From: a virus
Lineage: Duplodnaviria > Caudoviricetes
Direction: 5' to 3' (one strand)
DNA: 44,604 nt
Virus record (IMG/VR): IMGVR_UViG_3300019876_000002
Span: 1 to 44,604 of that record
Of this stretch, positions 17,667 through 27,352 are shown piece after piece (position 1 is the first letter of the stretch; each line of letters starts with the position of its first letter). The position numbers were made by a program, and so were the translations under genes. Under the pieces are notes generated by a model. The model worked only from the letters and a program-made list of their open reading frames with translations, had not been told where the DNA came from and did no database searches.

Positions 17667-17839
17667 CGAAGTGGAATATCCTGTATATTCAAAACTCGCA
17701 TTAGATAAATAATTAGAAAAACAGCAACAACAACATAGATTACAATTTTAAATGGTTGCTCCATTGGAATATAAGTCGTAATTAGATAGACGACAAAACC
17801 AACAAGAGCAATCACTAAAACTAAACCAATCAAACCCAT
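17663..17839 (-). CDS. Two-TM small membrane protein (Thivi_2564-like), holin candidate (58 aa, not in ORF track)
   Basis: AGGAG RBS; MGLIGLVLVIALVGFVVYLITTYIPMEQPFKIVIYVVVAVFLIIYLMRVLNIQDIPLR. Confidence 0.75.
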   Translation of the reverse strand: MGLIGLVLVIALVGFVVYLITTYIPMEQPFKIVIYVVVAVFLIIYLMRVLNIQDIPLR

Positions 17840-17847
17840 ATATTCTC

Positions 17848-18981
17848 CTATCTGACCCGTGGCATTTCCGCAGATGGCATGACAAAATTCTCGCCACCAC
17901 CCTTACGTAATGATGCAATATAATCTTCAACTGTCATTCCATACTTATTAGCCTGATGTCTTAATTCATCAAGTAAATTGGGTCCAGTTGAACTTGCATA
18001 TCTATTAACAGCCGCAGATGGTGGACCTAATCTTTTTGGTGTTTCATCAGGCGCAATACCTGAAATACGACTATCTAAATCTTTTAGAACTTCACCTTTC
18101 ATCTCAAAAGGTCCACTACCAGTTTTAGGTCTAGGTTTAGTTCCAATAGGTCTAGATTCACCAATATCAGTAACTGGAGGTAATCCCTTACGTTCAGGAT
18201 TTCCATGATATCGGTCAGTTCGAGATTCTTTAAGTAACTTAGGTGAATTAGTAGGCGATTCGCGAACGGATACAATCTCACCATCAACAATTTTCGGCAT
18301 AGTCTTAGAGGATGGTTTAACAGGAGTTTCTTGCATTTGTCTCCCTAAACCTTCAATTCCTCTGCCCATATTCTTTTCAATAGTTCGTAAAATTCGTGGT
18401 TCCATAATCTTAGGTATCATGCCACTAATAGGCTGATACTTTCGCATTATTCCACCACCAGTTTCTAATGCCATTCCGGTGCCAGTTTTAGCTAAATTAG
18501 CTGCTAACGGAGCACCTTTAACCACACCAGCGGTAACTAATGGTTGACCAGTCATTTGGCCCATCATCCTACCAAATTCCTCAGGATGAGAACCAGCCTG
18601 CATAGTAGTATTTACCATACCACGTCCCATATTCATTAAATCACGAGGCGCGTTCGTTATCGTATCGATTGGATGTGCAATAGCATTGCCCATCGAAGTA
18701 AGACCATTAACAATACTGCCAGGCAAATCAGCAACAGCACCCCTCGCAAATCCCATCGCTCCTTTTAAAGATGCCATAGGTGCTTCACCACTCATAATTG
18801 AGTTAACAACACCTGTAGCGAAATTATCAGGACCCATGTAAGGTCCCTTATTATCAGCAGGGGTCAGTGGTTCTGGAACAGGAGGATTAGCTTTATAATG
18901 TTTAATTACACCGGCGATATCATCTTCTGATTCGCCAGCATCAATCATACTCTGAACAATACCTTCAAGGTCTTTTGGCAT
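17848..18981 (-). CDS. Probable internal virion / DNA ejection protein
   Basis: Gly/Ala/Met-rich amphipathic helices; at the end of the late operon. Confidence 0.55.
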   Translation of the reverse strand: MPKDLEGIVQSMIDAGESEDDIAGVIKHYKANPPVPEPLTPADNKGPYMGPDNFATGVVNSIMSGEAPMASLKGAMGFARGAVADLPGSIVNGLTSMGNAIAHPIDTITNAPRDLMNMGRGMVNTTMQAGSHPEEFGRMMGQMTGQPLVTAGVVKGAPLAANLAKTGTGMALETGGGIMRKYQPISGMIPKIMEPRILRTIEKNMGRGIEGLGRQMQETPVKPSSKTMPKIVDGEIVSVRESPTNSPKLLKESRTDRYHGNPERKGLPPVTDIGESRPIGTKPRPKTGSGPFEMKGEVLKDLDSRISGIAPDETPKRLGPPSAAVNRYASSTGPNLLDELRHQANKYGMTVEDYIASLRKGGGENFVMPSAEMPRVR

Positions 18982-20126
18982 TATCCACCATGCTTCTTGA
19001 TAAGTTCAGTAGCAGTTAATTTCTTTGATTTATCATCAGTTTTATCAGTATTAGGTTCGTCTTGAAGAACCTTATTTAAATGTTCTTTAATACGTTGTAG
19101 TTCATCAGCATAATCATCTTCATCTTCATAACTGTCTAACTTATTAGCAGCATCCTCTAATTTACCTAATTCCTTAAGATTTAAAGCTCCAAATCCGGTC
19201 GCACCAGTTTTAGATTGTGCTTTCATTTCACCAATTAAATTAAGAACAGTTTGTGATGTAAAATTCCTTAACTTTCTATCAGCAGTTCTAGATTCAGTTC
19301 CAGGCATGAAACCTAATCCACCAAAACTTTTAAAGAAGCGCGAAGGCCCAACAGCACCCTTAATTTCTTCTTTTAAACGACCTGTCTTAGGGTCAAGTAA
19401 TTCATTTAATGAATCTAATGTTTGCTGAGCCATTGATTTAACAGCAGCTCTTTTATTAGTCTTATCTAAAGTATCAGCAGCTTCTTTCTTTCGCAAGTCT
19501 GATTCTTCTTTAGTCTTAACCATATCAGTAGCATTTTTATCTCGTAATTCAATATTTTCTTTCGCGTTCTTATCACGTAAGGCAATATTTTCTTTAGCAT
19601 TAACATCTCTTGCCATTTGAGTTACAACAGCAGAATTAGCTTTAGTTCCAGCAACTGCCTGTTCTTGTTCACCAGTTGCTTTAATACGTGCTAATGTACT
19701 TTCCTGACTATCTGGTTGGTCTTTAGCAGGAATATATTGAGGTTCAACAGTTGGTTTAAAGTATGGGTCTCTACGTCCAGCCTCTGCTTGGTCTAATGTT
19801 TGATGATTAAGCATTGCGGGTTGCTGACCACCACCTAATACAACATTCATCCCACCCTGAGCGCGAAGGGGATTAGCCATATCATCTTGATATTGCATTG
19901 CGTTACGACGAGCAATTTCACTAAGATGTTCGCCCATAGCACGACGATGCATACTATCTTCTTGAATAGCTTCTTGTTGGGCCTGATTAGACCTCATAGC
20001 AGAAATAGCATTAATGATATGATTAATATCAAATCCACCCTGAGGAATATCTGGTGCGCCGAATGGATTATTTCCTCCAGTAGGATAGATATTATTCATT
20101 CTGAGTCGTTGAACAAAATCCTCCAT
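18981..20126 (-). CDS. Probable internal virion / DNA ejection protein
   Basis: Coiled coil with short repeats (NAKENIxLRDK) and a C-terminal GFGALNLKE motif seen in podovirus ejection proteins. Confidence 0.6.
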   Translation of the reverse strand: MEDFVQRLRMNNIYPTGGNNPFGAPDIPQGGFDINHIINAISAMRSNQAQQEAIQEDSMHRRAMGEHLSEIARRNAMQYQDDMANPLRAQGGMNVVLGGGQQPAMLNHQTLDQAEAGRRDPYFKPTVEPQYIPAKDQPDSQESTLARIKATGEQEQAVAGTKANSAVVTQMARDVNAKENIALRDKNAKENIELRDKNATDMVKTKEESDLRKKEAADTLDKTNKRAAVKSMAQQTLDSLNELLDPKTGRLKEEIKGAVGPSRFFKSFGGLGFMPGTESRTADRKLRNFTSQTVLNLIGEMKAQSKTGATGFGALNLKELGKLEDAANKLDSYEDEDDYADELQRIKEHLNKVLQDEPNTDKTDDKSKKLTATELIKKHGG

Positions 20127-21007
20127 TATGCATACCTCATCATTCCCGATAGTGCTTGTAATCCATTTTGCGACTGCTGTTGACTCATTAGATTCTCGAA
20201 TTGTGCTCTATCCATTGCTTGATTACCAAATAATTGAGATAAAGCAGGTGTAGTTCCATATAATGAAGTCATTCCTTGTAATGCACCCAAGGCTTGACCT
20301 TGATTAGCCATATTATATTGTCCATATTGTAATGGCATCTGAATATTAAATCTATTAGCTTCATTTACTGAATCTACATTACGACGACCATAATCAGCCG
20401 CAGTTTCAGATTCACGTTGAACAGTATTAGCATAAGTAGGTGCAATACTTAATCGATTTTGAGCAACATTCTGAGCTAATCCAGCATTAACGTTAGTTGT
20501 AGCCGTTCCAATTTGGTCTGACATCTCACGTGCCATTTTGGCAGTTACAGCATTATAATTAGGACTAAATCCACCCTGTAATCTTCTATTTCGGTCAACA
20601 TTACGTTGCGCGTTCGCGTAAACTGACCTAATAGGACTAATACCGCGTTCTCTTATGTCATTAAGACCTTGCTGGGTATAACCACCAGTATCAGTCAATT
20701 CTTTTAATGTGCCAGCAGCTTGCTTATAATCAGCACTTGGGGCATAATTATAAGTTTGTGGGGTATATGTGCCAGCCTGCATCATAGGTAGACGATTAGA
20801 CAGGAGAGAACGGAATCCTGACATAATTTCGTCTTTATCATTAGCATTTTGGGCTACGCCACTATTATATAAACTATATTGATTTTGTAATGGTGTTGCG
20901 GGTGCTGGAGGTCTAGGACCAAACATAGCTTGGCCATTAGCATCTTGACCAGTAACAACCATATTAGAACTTGGTCCTAACGGTCCCCGTGTAACTCCTG
21001 CGGGCAT
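20126..21007 (-). CDS. Probable DNA transfer/pilot protein
   Basis: Q/N/G/A-rich helical protein, first of the three-gene ejection cluster; AGGAGG RBS. Confidence 0.6.
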   Translation of the reverse strand: MPAGVTRGPLGPSSNMVVTGQDANGQAMFGPRPPAPATPLQNQYSLYNSGVAQNANDKDEIMSGFRSLLSNRLPMMQAGTYTPQTYNYAPSADYKQAAGTLKELTDTGGYTQQGLNDIRERGISPIRSVYANAQRNVDRNRRLQGGFSPNYNAVTAKMAREMSDQIGTATTNVNAGLAQNVAQNRLSIAPTYANTVQRESETAADYGRRNVDSVNEANRFNIQMPLQYGQYNMANQGQALGALQGMTSLYGTTPALSQLFGNQAMDRAQFENLMSQQQSQNGLQALSGMMRYA

Positions 21008-21014
21008 ATACCTC

Positions 21015-21473
21015 CTAGACGTTAAAGAAAATCTGCGAATCCACTTGTCTCACATTGATGGGATTTAAAGCCCATGAAGGTCTAGAGGTATTAAATAAAT
21101 GTTCAGTTAAATAATTTGTTGCACCATGAGTAATATCCATTATACTTTCATTAACGATACCACCAGCAATAAAAACACATTGATTTAGAACCTGTTCATT
21201 AATATCTTCATTATGAATCATTTTAGTTGCTAAATCAATTAATAGTGCTCTATTATTATCACCAGGATTCCAACAGGAGAATTGTTTAGGCTTTAGACAA
21301 ATATTCTGATATGACTCATCATTCTTAATTGCTCGATTGCGAATGACACAACCAACAGCTATTTGGCCAAGGATAGATTCCCCTCGCGCCTCACCATAGA
21401 TAGTAAGACTGACTACTTCAATCTCACTAATATTAGCTAAAATGTTATCCGGCGACACCAATTTCACCTTCAC
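21015..21473 (-). CDS. Cell wall hydrolase (SleB / Hydrolase_2 lytic transglycosylase)
   Basis: TIYGEARGE, AVGCVIRNR, QFSCWN, GATNY; the start may be the GTG a few codons downstream. Confidence 0.9.
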   Translation of the reverse strand: MKVKLVSPDNILANISEIEVVSLTIYGEARGESILGQIAVGCVIRNRAIKNDESYQNICLKPKQFSCWNPGDNNRALLIDLATKMIHNEDINEQVLNQCVFIAGGIVNESIMDITHGATNYLTEHLFNTSRPSWALNPINVRQVDSQIFFNV

Positions 21474-21816
21474 CCTGAATACTCAATGAAGTATTAGCAG
21501 ATGCTCCACCAACTAAAAAGTCGGCAGCATCAAGTCTTAAACCGCCAAACCAATCAATATAACTATTAGCAGCAATTGAAAGAGCCTGCGCAATAACTTC
21601 GGTTCCAGCAACGTTACCACCTGTAGCACCTAGCCAGAATGAACAAGTAACTGCACCAGCAGTCTTATTGACAACTCGGATATGTCTTAAAATGATATAT
21701 TGTGAAGACGCACCACCATTAACGCCGCCGGCCGCAGTCGGGGGATTTAATAGATTTGTAGTTAATGTATTCGTAAGTGCGATAGGACCAAATCTGAACG
21801 TTTTATTCGCAGCCAC
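21445..21816 (-). CDS. Small beta-sandwich virion protein
   Basis: AGGAGG RBS and GTG start; IRVVNKT...L.L.AADFL pattern. Confidence 0.6.
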   Translation of the reverse strand: MAANKTFRFGPIALTNTLTTNLLNPPTAAGGVNGGASSQYIILRHIRVVNKTAGAVTCSFWLGATGGNVAGTEVIAQALSIAANSYIDWFGGLRLDAADFLVGGASANTSLSIQGEGEIGVAG

Positions 21817-21824
21817 TATACCTC

Positions 21825-22556
21825 CTAAGCGAATTTCTGAAGTCTCATTGTAGAACCAATTAATGTTTTACAACTGTTGGCAGCCGTTGCAACAAATTGT
21901 GCAAATTGATAGTTCAGCGTGCTAGCTCCACCTGGGGGAGCAATAATTGTACCACGACAACAGAATCCGAATACAGTGCTAGCAGAATCAGTTCCAATAC
22001 CGGCACCACCATCATGAAATAATGTAGTGCTAAAAGCAACGTTAGTTTGCGTAGTTGCAAGTAAACCAGTTCCAATATTAATTGCCTGAACTAAGAACTG
22101 ATTAAGAATTGTCATTGGATTACTGAGAAGTAAACCAAATTTATAATCGGCTGTATTAACTGTGCCGGAATAGAAAATAATTAATTCAATTAGATATCTT
22201 CCATCTGCATCTAAAGTTGCAAACAATTCACTATCATTTGTAAGAGTATTACTATTTGTAACAGTATCATCTATCGCTTTAGTAACACTAAGAGTCCAAA
22301 TACTAGGTGCTCCACCCCCACTAACTCCAGCAGGACCAGGAACTCCCATATCTCCATCGTTACCATCTTGAGGAAGAAATACAGGACCAACAGGACCAGC
22401 ACTTCCTGTATTACCAACTAAAGAATGAACAACACCTGCATCATCTTTATATGCTGGAACGTTCAAATCAGTGCTAAAGTAAATAGTAACTTTACCAGTC
22501 GCCGGTGTCGGAATAAGTGCGTTTGTAGAAGCAAGTAATGTAAGACCGCCAGGCAT
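21825..22556 (-). CDS. Short fibre protein with collagen-like segments
   Basis: GNTGSAGPVGP and GNDGDMGVPGPAG, then a beta-rich C-terminal domain. Confidence 0.65.
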   Translation of the reverse strand: MPGGLTLLASTNALIPTPATGKVTIYFSTDLNVPAYKDDAGVVHSLVGNTGSAGPVGPVFLPQDGNDGDMGVPGPAGVSGGGAPSIWTLSVTKAIDDTVTNSNTLTNDSELFATLDADGRYLIELIIFYSGTVNTADYKFGLLLSNPMTILNQFLVQAINIGTGLLATTQTNVAFSTTLFHDGGAGIGTDSASTVFGFCCRGTIIAPPGGASTLNYQFAQFVATAANSCKTLIGSTMRLQKFA

Positions 22557-22960
22557 CAGTTTACCTCGATGAGAAAACCATTAATCTCTAATATGCCACT
22601 ATTATCGATATTCATTGAAAATAATGCTTGTTTATTCACTGGAACTGTAAATGTTTCCCCAAGTGCAATCGAATAAGGAACCATACCATTCGCGCCATCA
22701 ATACCAGCAGCACCAGCGGGTCCAGGTATTACATCTCCACCACCACCATCACTACCGGAAGATTCTAATATCTGTTGAATATAATTAATGATATTTGTAA
22801 CACTACTGCCCCCACCACTCCCACCACCTGAATTTACTGTATTTTCTAATGATGTAACACTATCGATTAGATTATTCAGAAACTGGTATAATGGGGGGTC
22901 TTTCTGTTGAACACCTGTATTTAATAGAATGGCCTTCAGTCGTGCGGCCGTAAAAGCCAT
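22556..22960 (-). CDS. Tail/fibre adaptor-like protein with a short collagen segment
   Basis: Coiled coil, Gly-rich linker, GPAGAAGIDGANG. Confidence 0.6.
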   Translation of the reverse strand: MAFTAARLKAILLNTGVQQKDPPLYQFLNNLIDSVTSLENTVNSGGGSGGGSSVTNIINYIQQILESSGSDGGGGDVIPGPAGAAGIDGANGMVPYSIALGETFTVPVNKQALFSMNIDNSGILEINGFLIEVN

Positions 22961-23250
22961 TATTGAGGATAGCCTGATGCGGAGGGTTTAGCAAATACGA
23001 CAATTTTCGAGACAGCAAACGTTTCATCAATATTAATAGTTTTTCCTTCAAGAAACGCTCGTTGTTCAGTGTAGTTGGCAAGAATAGTAGGCTCACGATT
23101 AGTTGCGGCCGAAAGTGTTATGTTTGGTAAAGGGTCAACAGTAACTTCATCTAATGAACGTAAATTACTTCGTAATACCCCAACGCCAGTCACACGATAT
23201 CTAACTGCAACGAAATGTAATAGACCGCCGTCCGTACTTTGTCTAGCCAC
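22960..23250 (-). CDS. Small tail protein resembling the C-terminal beta domain of P22 gp10-like nozzles
   Basis: GTG start (MARQSTDGG) overlaps the upstream stop. The track N-terminal extension to 23331 is probably an artefact. Confidence 0.6.
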   Translation of the reverse strand: MARQSTDGGLLHFVAVRYRVTGVGVLRSNLRSLDEVTVDPLPNITLSAATNREPTILANYTEQRAFLEGKTINIDETFAVSKIVVFAKPSASGYPQ

Positions 23251-24289
23251 CAATAAACCCCGTTTTCCAAAATGGGTCTGGGAACTTAGCATCAATAGTA
23301 TCACCATTATCATTATCATAAAGAGTATCATTAGTTTTGCCTGGAACTAATGTATAAATTCCAGTCGCATTTTCAAAAAATATCGTCATTAATTTACCAA
23401 GCGCGACAGAACCACTAAATTGAGTAGATGTAATAGTAAGAATTACAATCTGTCCAGTAACGCCGGCTGGAACAGTAAATCTAAAGAAATGAATTGTAAA
23501 TGTAATCCATAAAATTGGTGGAATATTAATTGAATGTGGATTACCATCAGAATCAGTCCAATCAAGCGTAGCAGTTAATAACTGTGAAAAATCGATTGGA
23601 TTAATACCATCTGGGTCTGAAGTTACATCTACAGTATCCCCTTCTTCAATTGGGTCAGTAGGAGTTATAATGGTTGACTGTCTAAAAATGAAATAATTGC
23701 CAGTTGCAACAAAAGCAGTATTACTAAAGAAATTTCCATATGCTGAGTTATTTCCCCCAGCTCCAGCACTAGCATGAACAATTTCAATTTTTAATCTAGT
23801 TCCAATAATTTCAAAACCAGTTAAATCATTTCCCTGACATATATCATATGTAAAATTTCCACTGAAATCAATTGCTGCACCAGTATTTACTACTGAATGA
23901 ACTAAAACATCATCAACATAGAAATTAGCTGTCATATCAACTTGAGCATTTCCACAATGCCCACCAATTTTATAATTAATAGTAAGGTCTGTAGCTAAAA
24001 ATCCACTTGGGAGACTATTAAAACTAATTGCAGGGTCTCCATCCAACGAAAAAAGTGCAGTTCCTTGGTCAAATTCAAATACAATTGAACCTAATGTTAT
24101 AGCTGCCGGACTAGGAGTTCTAGTAGTGCAGAAAATACGACTAATAAATCCTACTTCTAATGCTGCATCAGTTGTGCAGGGAGTAGTCATCGTATTCCAG
24201 CCAGTGTCATTAGTAGCAGAACAAACACCAGCTAAACCACCTACAACTGTCCCAACTGCTGCGACTCTAGTAATACGAAGTGTTCCCAT
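23243..24289 (-). CDS. Beta-rich tail protein
   Basis: Jelly-roll/Ig-like composition; ends in GIYTL...DPFWKTGF. Confidence 0.6.
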   Translation of the reverse strand: MGTLRITRVAAVGTVVGGLAGVCSATNDTGWNTMTTPCTTDAALEVGFISRIFCTTRTPSPAAITLGSIVFEFDQGTALFSLDGDPAISFNSLPSGFLATDLTINYKIGGHCGNAQVDMTANFYVDDVLVHSVVNTGAAIDFSGNFTYDICQGNDLTGFEIIGTRLKIEIVHASAGAGGNNSAYGNFFSNTAFVATGNYFIFRQSTIITPTDPIEEGDTVDVTSDPDGINPIDFSQLLTATLDWTDSDGNPHSINIPPILWITFTIHFFRFTVPAGVTGQIVILTITSTQFSGSVALGKLMTIFFENATGIYTLVPGKTNDTLYDNDNGDTIDAKFPDPFWKTGFIGG

Positions 24290-25812
24290 TATGATATCAC
24301 CAAATCAGAACCAATGATAATTTCATCAATATTAAAGATACCAATTGTATTAACACCCATCGCGAATGACCAAGGAGACCAACGAATTTTCTGAGGGTCT
24401 AAACCATTCGCATAATTTCCAACTAATAGTGTTCTATCAGGTAGAATAATGTAAATCTCCTTTTGAATAGGAGCGTTAATAATTTGTATAAATCTAAATT
24501 CATTTCTATCTTGGTCTTTCCAAAATTGTTCAATTTTCCAGGAAATTTCTGGAGTAATATATCTACCATTAAATAAACTAACACCTTGATAAGTGCAAAC
24601 GATTAAAAAGTCTACTGATGATGAACCTGTATCTAAAACGGTCGCGATTCCATGAATACTAGTGCCAAGAGCATTATCAACAATAACTAAAGGCCACGCA
24701 GATGGAGCATCACCATTATCCGCGAATGATACTGTGCGCGAACGTTTAGTGACATATAATACATCACGCAATTCTTGACCATTAGTGATTGGATTTCCAT
24801 CAGGAGGAACTACTATAATTCCATCAATCTGACTTATAGCTTCTGGTTCCCCTTCATTAGAGACTAAACCAATAGATATTTCATCAAAGGTGCAAAATAC
24901 AATTAACCTATCATGATACAAAGTTAAAGCTGCACCAGCCGGAATTTCAGTGTAATTATCGAGTAAATGTGATGCATCGTCAAGTAAATCTGCATCATAA
25001 AATGAAATATTATTAAGAAAAGTATCAGTATTATTAGCGATAGTAGCATTAGGGACAAAGTAAAATTGATAACCTTGTAAGTCACCATTAAATGCTGGAA
25101 TACTTTTAGTAGCGACTAAATGTCTTGCTACAACGTTTGGGTCGCCTGATGCGTCAACACTGCCAAATGAGACAGAAAATGCAGCATTTGTTGAAAATTG
25201 TGTTAATAAGCCGGGTGGAGATAAATAACCAGAAATTGTTTCAGATACGAATCCAAATATCTTAACTCCAGGGTCTGTATGTCCTGCCGCACCATTAGCG
25301 ACAGTCATAGTGCCAGACATAGCAGCGCCAGCAGCTTTACGTGCAGCAGTTCCATCACCGGCATATACGTATAAAAATTCATTATCTAATCCTTTTTCAA
25401 TATTTAAATCACCTTGAGTATAGTATCCAATTGGTGAAATGTATCCACGTCCGGCATATGGCACGAACGCGAAATCAACCATTCCAGTAACAGTTAATAA
25501 TGGACCAAATACATTAGTAGCGTCTACAATGTGATAAATTTTACCTTGATTAGTAGTATAATCATAACTTAATAAAATTAATGTATTAGCAGTATTAGTT
25601 GGATAATTATAAACTCGTTTAATGTTTTCTAGTGGAACTGCAACATCTTGAGAAATATCAATTCCCGGCCGCGTCCGAAATGCACTTTGACCATAAAATT
25701 GTATATTTTTACAATCTTGAAAATGGTCTAATGGACATGAATCATTATCACCGCGCTGATATAGCCCGTTAAACTTATCGATAATGATTGGTTCGTGTCC
25801 GCGTAATGTCAT
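24289..25812 (-). CDS. Tail nozzle / head-closure protein (P22 gp10 / T7 gp12-like beta-propeller)
   Basis: N-terminal F.GL...CKNI.F....RTRPG, YHDRLIV and propeller-like blades; follows the adaptor in the tail module. Confidence 0.7.
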   Translation of the reverse strand: MTLRGHEPIIIDKFNGLYQRGDNDSCPLDHFQDCKNIQFYGQSAFRTRPGIDISQDVAVPLENIKRVYNYPTNTANTLILLSYDYTTNQGKIYHIVDATNVFGPLLTVTGMVDFAFVPYAGRGYISPIGYYTQGDLNIEKGLDNEFLYVYAGDGTAARKAAGAAMSGTMTVANGAAGHTDPGVKIFGFVSETISGYLSPPGLLTQFSTNAAFSVSFGSVDASGDPNVVARHLVATKSIPAFNGDLQGYQFYFVPNATIANNTDTFLNNISFYDADLLDDASHLLDNYTEIPAGAALTLYHDRLIVFCTFDEISIGLVSNEGEPEAISQIDGIIVVPPDGNPITNGQELRDVLYVTKRSRTVSFADNGDAPSAWPLVIVDNALGTSIHGIATVLDTGSSSVDFLIVCTYQGVSLFNGRYITPEISWKIEQFWKDQDRNEFRFIQIINAPIQKEIYIILPDRTLLVGNYANGLDPQKIRWSPWSFAMGVNTIGIFNIDEIIIGSDLVIS

Positions 25813-25827
25813 ATTATCCTAAAAGTA

Positions 25828-25872
25828 TTGGGCTATCCCACTGTCCAGTCTCATGAAAATGGAATAGCCCAA
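25828..25872 (-). terminator. Stem-loop after the Ala-rich gene
   Basis: TTGGGCTAT/ATAGCCCAA arms; on the mRNA followed by UACUUUU. Confidence 0.55.
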
Positions 25873-25883
25873 ACCTTAACTAA

Positions 25884-26114
25884 CTAGGTGTTAGCCTGAA
25901 CAGCAGTCGCGAGTGCGTCTGCACTAGCATTTAATGCATCAACTTCAGCCTGAATTGGTGCGAGTTCTTCAGCAGTAGCGCCATTCGATAATGCAGCATC
26001 AACAGCAGCCTGCACACGAGCAGCAATACCACTAATTAAAGTAGTTGCTGAAGCTTCAACAGTAGTAGCTTTGTTGACAGCAGCAGCCAGAGCATCAAGA
26101 ACGGGATTCGGCAT
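25884..26114 (-). CDS. Ala-rich coiled-coil protein (76 aa)
   Basis: TAGGAG RBS before MPNPVLDAL; terminator-like hairpin downstream. Confidence 0.75.
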   Translation of the reverse strand: MPNPVLDALAAAVNKATTVEASATTLISGIAARVQAAVDAALSNGATAEELAPIQAEVDALNASADALATAVQANT

Positions 26115-26127
26115 GTTATGTTTTCTC

Positions 26128-26286
26128 CTACGGTGTTTGCGATTCAACAGCTTCTTTAAGTTGTTCAGTTGATTTATTAAGTTCTTTAGTAATATCAGAA
26201 ATTTCCTTTAGGTCTAAATCTTCACCTTTAATGATTCTAGTAAAAGCTACAAATTCCTCAATACTAGTAATAACTAATTTGAACAT
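26128..26286 (-). CDS. Small coiled-coil protein (52 aa, not in ORF track)
   Basis: GGAGGTG RBS; MFKLVITSIEEFVAFTRIIKGEDLDLKEISDITKELNKSTEQLKEAVESQTP. Confidence 0.7.
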   Translation of the reverse strand: MFKLVITSIEEFVAFTRIIKGEDLDLKEISDITKELNKSTEQLKEAVESQTP

Positions 26287-26298
26287 CACACCTCCATT

Positions 26299-27294
26299 TT
26301 ACGCAGGCTGGCCGAATGCTAATGCGGCCTGGTCTGTAACATAATTCATCCAGACATCACTTGCAGCACCAGTAAAACCATTACCGGGTGCAATCTGAAC
26401 TTCAGTGTTAGTGAATTGATTCAACAGGATATGGTTATTTCCACCCTGAACAGCAACAAAAGTAGTAGAAATAACTTTGTTAGTAGCACCAGAACCAGCA
26501 GTCATGAACTTGTTTCGTTCAATAATTGCATAGCTTAATGACATTGTAACATCATTAGTGTTCTGTTGGAATCTACAATCTCGAATACCCCAAGATAATG
26601 GAACCGCGGCAGCAGTATTGAGACCTTTAATTGCAGAAGTTAAATTCTGGAATCTGCAATCTTCAACGATTACGAATCCACATCCACCATTATCTTCAAT
26701 ACCAATAGGTGTAGTGCCACCAGCAAAGTAACAATTAACAAACCGTGCATGACTACCATCAGTAGCATCAACGGTCGCACTACGTGTCAAACGAACACAC
26801 GCAGAACTAGTAACTGGCGACATTTGAAGATTAACTAATGTCCAACCAGCAGATAAGATTTCAAGTAATGGAGTTAATGCAACAGCAGTAGTTGGCGCAA
26901 GCCATGATGCACCACCACCCGTAGCAACACCACTTGATGTAGCCTGACGGGGAGTAAAGTTACCACCACCGATGATAGTAATGTTATAAACTTCAGCAGG
27001 ACTAACAACTTGTTCACGAATAACGCCATCAAGAACAATGACATCATACGATTTAATGAAAGTAAATGCGCGAGCCATAGTTGCGAATGGAGCCATTGGA
27101 CTAAGTCCATTGTTACCATCCGAACCTACAGGACCACGACGAAAAGTCTGATTAGCTTGTGTATTACCATTAACATACCAAATATTTCCGACTAGTGAAG
27201 GATTTAATCCATTCTGGAATCCTCCGCGTGCGCCGAAAGTTTTGGCATCTGCCCAGAAATTACCAACAGGGTAATTAGGCTGTGGAACTAACAT
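26299..27294 (-). CDS. Right-handed beta-helix (pectin-lyase-like) spike protein
   Basis: WYVNG...GSDGNNGLSPMAPFATM, repeated (V/I).DC.F rungs; GGAGG RBS. Confidence 0.78.
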   Translation of the reverse strand: MLVPQPNYPVGNFWADAKTFGARGGFQNGLNPSLVGNIWYVNGNTQANQTFRRGPVGSDGNNGLSPMAPFATMARAFTFIKSYDVIVLDGVIREQVVSPAEVYNITIIGGGNFTPRQATSSGVATGGGASWLAPTTAVALTPLLEILSAGWTLVNLQMSPVTSSACVRLTRSATVDATDGSHARFVNCYFAGGTTPIGIEDNGGCGFVIVEDCRFQNLTSAIKGLNTAAAVPLSWGIRDCRFQQNTNDVTMSLSYAIIERNKFMTAGSGATNKVISTTFVAVQGGNNHILLNQFTNTEVQIAPGNGFTGAASDVWMNYVTDQAALAFGQPA

Positions 27295-27352
27295 ACTTCC
27301 TCCACCGATTTTACGGCAGCTACTTTAACCAGTAGCCAGAGGTCTCTTATCG

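Noticed and set aside
23251-23331. Hydrophobic N-terminus MILFMIMIMVILLML as a signal peptide
   Set aside because: Out-of-frame reading of the upstream gene's Asp/Asn codons; the GTG at 23250 is the likelier start.
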